This document shows positions 20,728-30,169 of a stretch of 64,000 nt of DNA, in pieces. Position numbers and translations under genes: made by a program. Positions within the stretch are counted from its first letter, which is position 1. The number at the start of each line of letters is the position of its first letter. This stretch comes from a virus: IMG/VR virus record IMGVR_UViG_3300026478_000449; one strand, 5' to 3'. Below the pieces are notes generated by a model. It searched no databases. It was given only the letters and a program-made list of their open reading frames with translations, and was not told the DNA's origin.

Positions 20728-21533
20728 CTTTCTTTTCTTCTAACCTTTAGATCTTGAGGCTTACTACGGCCTAGATCTTTTCTACCGCCTTTCAAATGGT
20801 CAAGATATGCTCCCCATTCACTGTTAATCAGCGGATGACCTTCTCCAGTGATAAGATGGCTGCTCCAATCTAATTCATTTAAGGTTGAATTTCGTCGTAC
20901 GACATCAAATACAAAACTATCATGCCATTCTTCTAAGGTAAAAATTCCTAATTCTGCACAATCGTACATCCATTGAAATTTTTCTAAGAATTTTTGAACA
21001 GCAGGTGAACGCAAATTCATTGCGTAAAGGCCACATTCACTAAATTTTCCTTTTCTTCCAAGAAAACACAAATCTTTGTCTGCCGGAATTAGACGTTGAA
21101 TTGTTTCCATGGTAATTGGACTATGACAAATGGTATCTGCGTCCATCCAAACTAAAATATCTGCGTCAGTTTCCTTAGCACAGTGAAAAATTGCATAGAC
21201 TTTGTGGGCAAATCTAACAGCATCCCATTTAAAACCTTTGCCAGCATCTTTTCTTCGACTTCGAATAGGATCTGCTGATACATCGCCGTTAGCCTTGGGA
21301 ACATTTTTCCACTTTTCTTTAAATTTCATAAGCTCTTCAACTTCTTCAAGGCGTTTTAATGTCACGTGATTGTGATTTCGTATTGCAGGATTACAAAGTT
21401 CTGGATAAATGTGAAGGGTGACCTCTTCTGGCCACTTTTCACAAAAACTATCTATCATTTTTTGGCCGTATTTTGCACGACCCGCATCATTAAAAGTTGT
21501 TACCACTGCATATTTCATTTTCTTTTTTCCCAA
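20703..21533 (-). CDS. DxD nucleotide-sugar transferase-like protein (family A, copy 4)
   Basis: DILVWMDADT; N-terminal MKYAVVTTFNDAGRAKYGQKMIDSFCEKWP matches the family. Confidence 0.45.
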   Translation of the reverse strand: MGKKKMKYAVVTTFNDAGRAKYGQKMIDSFCEKWPEEVTLHIYPELCNPAIRNHNHVTLKRLEEVEELMKFKEKWKNVPKANGDVSADPIRSRRKDAGKGFKWDAVRFAHKVYAIFHCAKETDADILVWMDADTICHSPITMETIQRLIPADKDLCFLGRKGKFSECGLYAMNLRSPAVQKFLEKFQWMYDCAELGIFTLEEWHDSFVFDVVRRNSTLNELDWSSHLITGEGHPLINSEWGAYLDHLKGGRKDLGRSKPQDLKVRRKESYWQTGTV

Positions 21534-21913
21534 ACGTGAAATTTTTTATCAACCGAGGTGCATACCCAGCCTGTATTGTATAGAGCCTTCATTGTTTTTT
21601 TGTCTACTATAGAATTTCCTTCGACTATTACAACAGATTTAAATCTTGTCCAAAAATTATTCAATTTTTCCAGCCTATCTATTTTATCTAGGTTAAAGTA
21701 TATGGCCTTTATTTCATATAATGTTTCAATATAGTCAAAATTTTCTCTATAAATTAATTTTTTTGATTTTAAAGATCTATCTTCTGCTTCTATTATAAAA
21801 GTTGTGTTATGTAAAGACACTATGTCCTGCAACATTCCAAAACCGTCACCAATTACCAAAGCATTTTCTGCTCTGCCAATAATTTTTTTGATCTTTTTTT
21901 CAAACGAGGCCAT
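21515..21913 (-). CDS. hypothetical protein (132 aa)
   Basis: Translationally coupled upstream of 20703..21533. Confidence 0.35.
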   Translation of the reverse strand: MASFEKKIKKIIGRAENALVIGDGFGMLQDIVSLHNTTFIIEAEDRSLKSKKLIYRENFDYIETLYEIKAIYFNLDKIDRLEKLNNFWTRFKSVVIVEGNSIVDKKTMKALYNTGWVCTSVDKKFHVWEKRK

Positions 21914-21947
21914 AAATTAATTAAATACTCTGATATTTATTACTCCT

Positions 21948-22772
21948 ATGCGCTTCAAACTTTATCGTGAATACGGTGCCTTAAACAGCGCACCAATTTT
22001 TAATGCAGTCGAACAAGGACTGCGTTCACTTGGCCACGAAATTGTTAATAAAGACGAAGACATACCGGTAATTTGGTCAGTTTTATGGTCAGGCAGGATG
22101 AAAAACAATCAAGCCATATATCATAATGCTATAAAAAATAAAAAATCTGTTTTAATTATAGAAGTTGGAAATTTAAAAAGGAACGAGACCTGGAGAATTT
22201 CTTTAAACCATATAAACGGATTAGGCGTTTTTAATAATCTTACAAATTTAGACTCCTCGAGACCAGGAAAATTAGGTATAGAATTAAAATCTCCTCCTAA
22301 CAAAACAAGAGGAGAGATACTAGTGGCTTGCCAACATCAAGAAAGTCTTCAATGGGAAGGTATGCCAACTATGGCAGAATGGTGTAAGGATACGATTTCT
22401 AAAATTAGACGGCACTCACAGCGCAGGATTATAGTTAGACCACATCCAAGGTCTCCATTTCCGTTTAGTGTGCCTAATGTAATATTAGAGAGGCCTAGAC
22501 ATATTCCAAACACCTATGATAATTTTGATATTTTTTACAACTATCATTGCGTGATTAATTATAATGCAGGACCGTCTGTTCAAGCTCCTATAAATGGGAT
22601 TCCCGTGCTCTGTGATTCTTCTAGCCTAGCTGGCGAATTAAGCATTAAATGGGAAAATCTTGAAAATCCCACATTGCCAGATAGAGAAGAATGGTTTCTC
22701 AAACTCTGCCATACCGAATGGACTGTTGACGAAATAAGTCAAGGTATTCCTTTGGCAAGATTGTTCGGTTGA
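21948..22772 (+). CDS. GT-B-like transferase (family B, copy 3)
   Basis: RIIVRPHPRSP and NYNAGPSVQAPINGIPVL. Confidence 0.4.
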   Translation: MRFKLYREYGALNSAPIFNAVEQGLRSLGHEIVNKDEDIPVIWSVLWSGRMKNNQAIYHNAIKNKKSVLIIEVGNLKRNETWRISLNHINGLGVFNNLTNLDSSRPGKLGIELKSPPNKTRGEILVACQHQESLQWEGMPTMAEWCKDTISKIRRHSQRRIIVRPHPRSPFPFSVPNVILERPRHIPNTYDNFDIFYNYHCVINYNAGPSVQAPINGIPVLCDSSSLAGELSIKWENLENPTLPDREEWFLKLCHTEWTVDEISQGIPLARLFG

Positions 22773-22803
22773 CTTTCATATCTGCCTGTTATATAATAAT
22801 TAA

Positions 22804-23991
22804 ATGTTAAGCTCTGTGTATGCCGAAGACATTTTTCTTCGTTTTTATACTCTTGTTCAATCTGGTCAACTACACGTTCAGCACCAGGACTTCTCGCCTA
22901 TTCTTAGTTTTCACGAGAAAATTTCCAATGACAGCGAACTAACAAAAAATCAAGCTAACTACATTTTAAAAATATTAGAAAAATACAAAAATGTATCGGC
23001 ATTATTGGGTTTTGATTACAAAGACGCATTGTTAACAGCGCAATGGCAAAGACCTTTTAGAGTACTAGATCTTACAAAAAAAATCTATGTAGAAAACAAA
23101 GATGGATCTTTAGAAATTTGTCTAAAATTTCCATATCAATTGAAAAAAGAGTTTGACGATGAAATAAATGTTAACTTGCCTAATTCAACTAGAGTCAGTC
23201 ATTGGGATCAAGAAGACAAAGTTCGACGTTTAAAATTTTACGAATACAACTTGATCAGTCTATATGAATTTGCTAATAAACACAACTTTGTAATTGACGA
23301 CAGTTTTATGAGTGTGTTGTCAGATGTTGAAGAAATATGGCAAAATTCAGACAACATTATTCCCTGTTCGGAAATAATTAATTCAAAAGTTGAATTAGTA
23401 AATGCTGATCCAGAAACCGAAGAATGGTGGTCAAATACTCGCACCGAATCATTAAACAATGATTTATTACTGGCTAAGAGTATGGGATTTCCATTGAAAA
23501 AAAATCCGGTAAGTTTAGTAGAAAAAATAGCATCTTCGTCTGAAAATTTATTCTGGATTAAAAATGTTCAAGATTTCTTTAACATTAGCACTACCGTTAA
23601 AGGCAGAGTCTGTATAATTTTAGATAGAACATCTGACACACTAAAATGGTTACAAGAATTTGTAAAAGCAGCTGATCAAAATAGTGTTCCTAGAGAAGAA
23701 ATTAAGGTATGTTTTAGAGATACTAAAGATTCAAAGACCGGTCTTAATGACTGGATTAAACTAGCAGGTGTTGGCGGCAAAGTGGATACTGGAAAATTTT
23801 TAATATTTGAATCTAAGCCAGCTAAATGGTTGTTTAAAGATAACCTTGATGTTAAAATGTTAGTAACAAATAACATTTATCCGCCAACAAGTGTTATTAC
23901 AAAAGATTGGTTTGATTCTCATCCTTGTGTAATTTATCTAGGTGCAGCAAAACCAAGCACTCATAAAGGAAGAAAGATTGTCGAATTGTAA
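22804..23991 (+). CDS. hypothetical protein (395 aa)
   Basis: Long ORF between the glycan island and uvsW. Confidence 0.4.
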   Translation: MLSSVYAEDIFLRFYTLVQSGQLHVQHQDFSPILSFHEKISNDSELTKNQANYILKILEKYKNVSALLGFDYKDALLTAQWQRPFRVLDLTKKIYVENKDGSLEICLKFPYQLKKEFDDEINVNLPNSTRVSHWDQEDKVRRLKFYEYNLISLYEFANKHNFVIDDSFMSVLSDVEEIWQNSDNIIPCSEIINSKVELVNADPETEEWWSNTRTESLNNDLLLAKSMGFPLKKNPVSLVEKIASSSENLFWIKNVQDFFNISTTVKGRVCIILDRTSDTLKWLQEFVKAADQNSVPREEIKVCFRDTKDSKTGLNDWIKLAGVGGKVDTGKFLIFESKPAKWLFKDNLDVKMLVTNNIYPPTSVITKDWFDSHPCVIYLGAAKPSTHKGRKIVEL

Positions 23992-25432
23992 ACTTACAAT
24001 TAGAGATGAAGTTAACATTAAAGTCGATGGACTTAGTGTTGAAACACGAAGAAAAATTGTCAACAAATTAAAATTTGACCTTCCCTATGCAAGGCATATG
24101 CCAGCCTACAAACTAGGTCGCTGGGACGGAACTAAAACATATTTTAGCATTGGTGGCAACGGTTATCTTGCACACTTAGATGTTATTCTTCCTATAATAG
24201 ATGAAGCAGGATACGACATTGAAGTTGAAGATTTAAGATCTTCTCATGATTTTAAATTCGATCCAGTAACTGAAAACTATTGGGCAGACAAAGGAAAAAC
24301 TTGGCCTAAAGGTCATCCTGCCGAAGGACAGCCAATTGTTTTACGTGATTATCAATATGACGTTGTTAATAAATTTTTAGAAAATCCACAAGCTCTACAG
24401 GAGGTAGCAACAGGTGCCGGCAAGACAATTACTACTGCGACGTTATCGCATCTTTGTGAACCGTATGGCCGTACGATGGTTATTGTTCCGAACAAATCGC
24501 TTGTTGTCCAAACTGAAGAAGACTACAAAAATTTAGGATTAGATGTAGGAGTTTATTTTGGTGATAGAAAAGAACTTAACAGAACGCACACTATCTGTAC
24601 TTGGCAAAGTCTTAACGTCTTGGATAAAAAGAGTTATGACGAAGAGAGTCTTTCGTTAGCAGAGTTTTGTGAAGGAGTAGTAGCAATCATTGTTGACGAA
24701 GTCCATCAGGCTAAGGCAGATGTATTAACAAAACTTCTTACACAAAACTTTAGAAATTGTGCCATTCGTTGGGGATTAACTGGAACTGTCCCTAAGGAAA
24801 ATTGGGAATTTCAAGGTATCCTTGCTAGCATTGGTCCAGTTATTAATAACGTATCTGCACACGATCTACAACAAAAAGGAGTGTTGGCAAATCTTAATAT
24901 TAATATTGTTCAAACTAACGATGTTGAGGTGTTTAGAAGTTATCAAGAAGAGTATACTTGGTTAGTAACTGATCCAAAAAGATTAACTTGGATAGCAAAT
25001 AAAATTAAAGAATTAAGTCAATCAGGCAACACCCTAGTCCTCATCAATCGCATTGATACTGGAAATAAACTAATGGAGCAATTGCCAGATGCGGTGTTTA
25101 TCAACGGTAGCGTTAAGTTAGATGATCGAAAGGAAGAATACGATGAAGTACGGACTAGCAATGAAAAGATTATTGTGGCGACTTATGGTGTGGCCGCTGT
25201 GGGTATTAATATCCCTAGGATTTTTAATTTGGTTCTTTTGGAACCCGGAAAGAGCTTTGTTAGGGTTATACAATCTATTGGGCGAGGTATTAGAAAAGCA
25301 GAAGACAAAGACCACGTTGAAATCTGGGATATAACTAGTACCTGCAAATATGCAAAACGACATTTAACAGAACGTAAAAAATACTATAAGGAGGCGAAAT
25401 ACCCCTTTACAATTATTAAGGTGAATACATGA
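23942..25432 (+). CDS. uvsW: UvsW-like SF2 DNA helicase
   Basis: RDYQ, Walker A ATGAGKT, DEVHQA (T4 UvsW DECHLA), TWQS, IGRGIR; ATG start overlaps upstream gene by 50 nt. Confidence 0.75.
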   Translation: MQQNQALIKEERLSNCKLTIRDEVNIKVDGLSVETRRKIVNKLKFDLPYARHMPAYKLGRWDGTKTYFSIGGNGYLAHLDVILPIIDEAGYDIEVEDLRSSHDFKFDPVTENYWADKGKTWPKGHPAEGQPIVLRDYQYDVVNKFLENPQALQEVATGAGKTITTATLSHLCEPYGRTMVIVPNKSLVVQTEEDYKNLGLDVGVYFGDRKELNRTHTICTWQSLNVLDKKSYDEESLSLAEFCEGVVAIIVDEVHQAKADVLTKLLTQNFRNCAIRWGLTGTVPKENWEFQGILASIGPVINNVSAHDLQQKGVLANLNINIVQTNDVEVFRSYQEEYTWLVTDPKRLTWIANKIKELSQSGNTLVLINRIDTGNKLMEQLPDAVFINGSVKLDDRKEEYDEVRTSNEKIIVATYGVAAVGINIPRIFNLVLLEPGKSFVRVIQSIGRGIRKAEDKDHVEIWDITSTCKYAKRHLTERKKYYKEAKYPFTIIKVNT

Positions 25433-25935
25433 AAATTTTAACATTAAACAATCAGGCATTTGATTTAAATGACCTGCCCGACGAAGTAGATGAAGACACT
25501 AGGTTTAGTGTATTAGATAACAGTAATCCGCAAGAACCTGATTTCTTTTTTATGCCGTTGATATTCTTAGAATCATTTAACAGTCCTGCTATTTTATTGA
25601 ATATAGGAGGACACGAAATTCAAATGCCGTTGGATTGGTGTATGGTAGTAGGAGATAAAGATTGCGGTATGGATCCCGAAGTTCTTCCGTTAACAAGTAT
25701 TAATGAACGAGGATTTGACGCATTAGTATTCAATCCTATTAAAGGGTTTAGAGCAGAATTTATGCCAATTGAAATTGTTAATATCTTTCAAGATGTTCGA
25801 TGGTATTTTCCAAAAATGAAAAACGGACAGTTATTAACAGTTCCGTTAACTGACGGTGTTAATCCTCCTTGTGTATATTTTGTAAAAGAAGTTAGCCGTC
25901 AAAGTGAAGTGTTACAACTACATAAGTTATTATGA
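25429..25935 (+). CDS. hypothetical protein (168 aa)
   Basis: ATGA overlap with uvsW. Confidence 0.4.
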   Translation: MKILTLNNQAFDLNDLPDEVDEDTRFSVLDNSNPQEPDFFFMPLIFLESFNSPAILLNIGGHEIQMPLDWCMVVGDKDCGMDPEVLPLTSINERGFDALVFNPIKGFRAEFMPIEIVNIFQDVRWYFPKMKNGQLLTVPLTDGVNPPCVYFVKEVSRQSEVLQLHKLL

Positions 25936-26150
25936 TGTGGGACGACGAGGCGTTTAAGCGGAGATGTATTGGCTGGGTTGATAAGTTTGTTATAATCCCT
26001 CGCAAGTGTCACTACACAAGTAAATATTTGTGGTTGAAACGTGCTTATCTTGGCACAGCAATGATAACAGGTCCGGGTGAACCTGTATTTGAATATAGAT
26101 GGTGTGATAAAGATCAATATCTATTTCTTAAAATTAAAGGTATCGTATGA
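25932..26150 (+). CDS. hypothetical protein (72 aa)
   Basis: Coupled small ORF. Confidence 0.3.
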   Translation: MMWDDEAFKRRCIGWVDKFVIIPRKCHYTSKYLWLKRAYLGTAMITGPGEPVFEYRWCDKDQYLFLKIKGIV

Positions 26151-26500
26151 AAGCTGGAAAAGTTTGGGGTGTTACAGAATTATTAGAAGCCAACGGTGTA
26201 TTAGAGTTTCATCGCATTGAAGCCAAAGCAGGCGGAGTCTGTTCTAAACATAAACACAAATATAAGTGGAACGGATTCTTTGTTGAAAAAGGAAAGATGA
26301 TTATTCGTGTATGGAAGAATAATTATGATCTAGTAGATGAAACGCTATTAGAGGCTGGACAATATACTAAAGTTGCTCCTGGCGAATATCATCAGTTTGA
26401 AGCAATTGAAGACTGTGTTGCTTTTGAATTATATTGGGCAGAATTTGATCACGACGACATTGAAAGAGAAACTGTGGGGTACAATAATGGGATCGCTTAA
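26147..26500 (+). CDS. cupin-fold protein
   Basis: HRIEAKAGGVCSKHKH...GEYHQFEA two-His cupin-like blocks. Confidence 0.4.
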   Translation: MKAGKVWGVTELLEANGVLEFHRIEAKAGGVCSKHKHKYKWNGFFVEKGKMIIRVWKNNYDLVDETLLEAGQYTKVAPGEYHQFEAIEDCVAFELYWAEFDHDDIERETVGYNNGIA

Positions 26501-26783
26501 ACCAGGAGCAGAATATATCTATGAGCGCCAAGGCGGCACAGTTTATGCACGTGAGTTTGGTTCAGACCCGTCAACAAGAGTTGCCATAGGTTGGGATTAT
26601 GAGCAGGAAACTAATCCGGCAAGGGTCAGAGGATTAGATCAAAAAACAGGAAAAGCCGAACTCGACGATCATAATGAATGGATTAAGATCAGGTTAGCCG
26701 GAAAAAAGAATCCTACTTTACAAGAGGCTATTGATCGTGTTAAAATAATATATCATTTGAGTAAAGACGATGGGCAAAAATAA
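26487..26783 (+). CDS. hypothetical protein
   Basis: Internal ATG of track ORF 26373..26783 chosen to limit overlap with upstream gene. Confidence 0.3.
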   Translation: MGSLKPGAEYIYERQGGTVYAREFGSDPSTRVAIGWDYEQETNPARVRGLDQKTGKAELDDHNEWIKIRLAGKKNPTLQEAIDRVKIIYHLSKDDGQK

Positions 26784-27249
26784 ACACGTAGACCTTTTTA
26801 AAGATATGATTCCTGCTGTGGATATGGGCTTAAAAGAGCTTTGGGATGCCGCCACTGAAGAAGGTCGTAAAGAGATCAAAGGCGACCTGTGGAATCTTAA
26901 TCGCTATATTAGTAATGTAAAAAGTAACAATTCAGAGTTACAAGAACATTACCTAATGACAGTGAATGAATTTTACAATAAGAATTGGGCAGACATTAGT
27001 AAGCATCCAAAACTGCAATGGCTTACTCTCGCAATGTGCAGCCATGAAAGTAAGAAAACACAATTCCACGAGTGGTTACCGTTAAAACGTGAAAAGAATA
27101 AGAAAGAAGAATTTTTAGCAGAACTATTTCCTAATATGAAGAGAGCAGACATTGAAACACTTGCAGCCATTACCTCAGACAAAGAAATCAAACAATATTG
27201 CGAGTCTCTTGGTTGGGATAAAAAAGAAGTCAATGGAATTAAATTATAA
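26770..27249 (+). CDS. hypothetical protein (159 aa)
   Basis: Compact ORF. Confidence 0.4.
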   Translation: MGKNKHVDLFKDMIPAVDMGLKELWDAATEEGRKEIKGDLWNLNRYISNVKSNNSELQEHYLMTVNEFYNKNWADISKHPKLQWLTLAMCSHESKKTQFHEWLPLKREKNKKEEFLAELFPNMKRADIETLAAITSDKEIKQYCESLGWDKKEVNGIKL

Positions 27250-27916
27250 ATGTGAATATTGCGGTAAGTTATTTGCCAAAGAAAAAACTTTGGTAGTTCA
27301 TATTTGCGAACAAAAACGTCGACATCTTAGCAAAAATGAGAAGCACGTTCAGATGGGTCTAATGACCTATCAAAAATTCTACGAGATCGCACAAAAAGGG
27401 AAAAGTCAAAAATCATTTGACGAATTTGCATCTAGCCCGTACTACACCGCTTTTATCAAGTTTGGTAGTTTTATGGTTAATACTGCACCAATACATCCAG
27501 ACAAATTTATTGAATTTGTAATCAAGAGCGGCGTGAAACTTGATCACTGGTGTAGAGACGAACTCTACGAAACATATGTAAAAGAATTAATTAAAATAGA
27601 ACCAGCAGACGGAGCCATACAGCGTACAATACAGACTATGATGGACTGGGGTGAGAAAAACAATTCGTCTTGGGAACATTATTTTGCCTACGTGAATCTT
27701 AATCGTGCAACTCACGATATTAAAGAAGGATTGATTAGTCCTTGGGTAATTTTAAATACTAAAGAAGGCAAAACAATGCTTCAAAAAATGAACGACGAAC
27801 AATTAGAAATCGTTGGACAATATATCGATCCTCAGTTTTGGATGCGTAGATTTAAGTCATTGCCAGCAGACACAGAACTAGTAAAAGATGTTATTAAAGA
27901 GGCAAAAATATTATGA
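27233..27916 (+). CDS. zinc-finger-containing hypothetical protein
   Basis: YKCEYCGKLFAKEKTLVVHIC C2H2/C2HC-like finger at N-terminus; start trimmed to the MELNYK ATG. Confidence 0.4.
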   Translation: MELNYKCEYCGKLFAKEKTLVVHICEQKRRHLSKNEKHVQMGLMTYQKFYEIAQKGKSQKSFDEFASSPYYTAFIKFGSFMVNTAPIHPDKFIEFVIKSGVKLDHWCRDELYETYVKELIKIEPADGAIQRTIQTMMDWGEKNNSSWEHYFAYVNLNRATHDIKEGLISPWVILNTKEGKTMLQKMNDEQLEIVGQYIDPQFWMRRFKSLPADTELVKDVIKEAKIL

Positions 27917-28101
27917 AAGACAATGAAGAATATATTTCAAGAGATGATCTTGATATTGAAGTTATGAGCACCTCTGATGAAGAGCCCTGCGTTTATGTTA
28001 AATTTTCAAATTTTGCAGACGCTGAAGATGCAGAAGAATATGCAGATTTTTTAGCAGAAACATTACCTCTATTGTTATTTGAAACTACTAGGATGCAATA
28101 A
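27913..28101 (+). CDS. small highly acidic protein (62 aa)
   Basis: About 30 percent Asp/Glu. Confidence 0.35.
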   Translation: MKDNEEYISRDDLDIEVMSTSDEEPCVYVKFSNFADAEDAEEYADFLAETLPLLLFETTRMQ

Positions 28102-28102
28102 T

Positions 28103-28681
28103 ATGCCTGATATCGATATTGACTTTGTTGATAGAGACAATGCCTTAAAACACTTTAAACACGTTAAGGCAAGTCGTATTGACGACGGAAAATTAGTCAA
28201 GCACAATACGGGCGTGTATATGCACGAAGTACCTATGAGTTCCCTCGAAGCAGTATGTGCGGTACCTTACGACAAAGCAGAAGAACAGGGTTATTTTAAA
28301 ATTGACTTTTTGAATGTAGGTTTATACAAAGGTGTTCGAGACGAAGAACATCTTGTACAATTAATGAACACGGAGCCACTATGGGATCTTCTAGAGCAAG
28401 ACGATTTCGTCAACTTACTCTTTCACGTAAACGGGCATGGTTCTATATTAAGGCAAATGAAGCCGACGAGTGTGGAACAACTGGCGGCCATTCTAGCAAT
28501 GATACGCCCAGCGAAACGTTATCTGATTGGCAAAGATTGGACTACGGTGATGACGGAAGTTTGGACGAAACCGGAGAATGACGAATACTATTTTAAAAAA
28601 TCACACGCTACAGCGTATGCGGTAGCTATTGTGGTTCAGATGAATTTAATCTGCGAAGGTATTAGTTACGGATTTAGTTAA
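28103..28681 (+). CDS. stand-alone minimal DnaE (Pol III alpha)-type palm-domain protein
   Basis: MPDIDIDFV (E. coli DnaE MPDFDVDFC with D401/D403), GYFKIDFLNVGL (GLVKFDFLGL with D555), QLAAILAMIRPA ([13 protein letters not shown]), FKKSHATAYAV (FNKSHSAAYAL), all in DnaE order; TAATATG overlap start. Confidence 0.6.
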   Translation: MPDIDIDFVDRDNALKHFKHVKASRIDDGKLVKHNTGVYMHEVPMSSLEAVCAVPYDKAEEQGYFKIDFLNVGLYKGVRDEEHLVQLMNTEPLWDLLEQDDFVNLLFHVNGHGSILRQMKPTSVEQLAAILAMIRPAKRYLIGKDWTTVMTEVWTKPENDEYYFKKSHATAYAVAIVVQMNLICEGISYGFS

Positions 28682-29049
28682 GAACTTTTTCTGACCAAAG
28701 TAATAGATTTTCTTTTAATTCTTTTAACAATGATATCATTTAAACTGGTACAGGGTCCAAGAATTATTTTAACATCTTTTGTACTAAAGTTTTTAATGAC
28801 ATATTTGAATACAGCAATTTCTTTAAGTAAGAAAATGTTAATAGGAATCTGCCTATTAGATTCCCACCACCAGGCTTCGCCCAGTTCTAGAAATCGTTGT
28901 TTTTCTGTTTCTGTACGTATTGCAGAGTAGTCGTAAAAGCTAGTTACTTGTGCATCCTGGTTGATAATGATTCCTACGTACTCTTGATTAACGTGGGTTA
29001 TAACGCTGATGAACGGAAAGTTTTCTTGTAAGTTAGTTGTTATTCTCAT
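28678..29049 (-). CDS. hypothetical protein (123 aa)
   Basis: Lone minus-strand ORF; Trp-rich WWWESNRQ segment. Confidence 0.35.
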   Translation of the reverse strand: MRITTNLQENFPFISVITHVNQEYVGIIINQDAQVTSFYDYSAIRTETEKQRFLELGEAWWWESNRQIPINIFLLKEIAVFKYVIKNFSTKDVKIILGPCTSLNDIIVKRIKRKSITLVRKSS

Positions 29050-29077
29050 TCGATAAATATGCTAAAGGTCCGTAAAA

Positions 29078-30157
29078 ATGCAATTTAATCCAGTTTATTT
29101 ATACACAAATAAGTTAGACGTATTTACAAGTCCCTCGGACGCTTGGTCATCAGAGAGGTATCGTAAAGTGTACAATCGCAATTTAAAAATATATCGTGGT
29201 GTTGATAATCGCATTGACATCCAAGTTCGTAATCCCGATCAAAAAGCCAGTAACATAACTGGTTCTACTTTGGTATTTAATCTAATTTCTAAAGTGACAA
29301 AAGATTTAGTATTACAGAAAGATTTTGACACAATGGATTTATCTACAGGAAAAGTAACAGTAATTTTAACTGACAACGAATTGTTAAACGTTGATAACGG
29401 ATTCTACGAATATAGTATTGTTAAAGAAATTAGAGAAACAGTTGATTCAACAGATTACCGAGTAACTTCTAAGATGCCATTGTATGTTGACAGTCAATAC
29501 GGACCAACTGGGGTTTTAGAAATCCTAGGTGATGTTTATGGAACTGTAGAAAGCAGTAAGATAATCAATACCTTTAATTACGTCAATCCATTTACACAAG
29601 GAGATACTACTCCTGCTTGGTTTGAAAGCGAAATTATAGATGCAAGACCGAAAATAAAAACAGGAAATGCCCTACACACATTTCAATTTTACTCTACTAA
29701 CTACGACGGATCAGTAATCATACAAGGAAGTCTAGACGATCAAGGAGCATCGCCTAGGCACGATAAATGGGTCAATATCGATTCTGTAGATCTAACTGTT
29801 GAAAGCTATAAAAACATAATTGGTAATTGGAGTTGGTTTAGAATTAAACATATTCCTTCGAGGTCATCTAACACAGCTCAATTTGTTATTAGCCAAACAA
29901 TGTTATTGAATTATCAGGCATCTGTTTACAGCCCAGGTCAAGGATACCAAATTGGAGACACAATTACTATACCAGGAAATCAATTAGGCGGTGAACTAGG
30001 TACTAATGATCTAGTTATTACAGTCACAGGCGTAAGTCCCGGTGGTGCAATTGTATCTATAGATTGGACAGGTCTTTCTTATAACGGCGTCAAAACTTTT
30101 GTTCTTTCTGGCACAACTTCCGGCATTGGAAGTCTTGACAAAGTTCTCTATAGATAA
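29078..30157 (+). CDS. hypothetical protein (359 aa)
   Basis: Long ORF, Gly/Ser/Thr-rich C-terminus. Confidence 0.4.
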   Translation: MQFNPVYLYTNKLDVFTSPSDAWSSERYRKVYNRNLKIYRGVDNRIDIQVRNPDQKASNITGSTLVFNLISKVTKDLVLQKDFDTMDLSTGKVTVILTDNELLNVDNGFYEYSIVKEIRETVDSTDYRVTSKMPLYVDSQYGPTGVLEILGDVYGTVESSKIINTFNYVNPFTQGDTTPAWFESEIIDARPKIKTGNALHTFQFYSTNYDGSVIIQGSLDDQGASPRHDKWVNIDSVDLTVESYKNIIGNWSWFRIKHIPSRSSNTAQFVISQTMLLNYQASVYSPGQGYQIGDTITIPGNQLGGELGTNDLVITVTGVSPGGAIVSIDWTGLSYNGVKTFVLSGTTSGIGSLDKVLYR

Positions 30158-30169
30158 TATACTATATCT

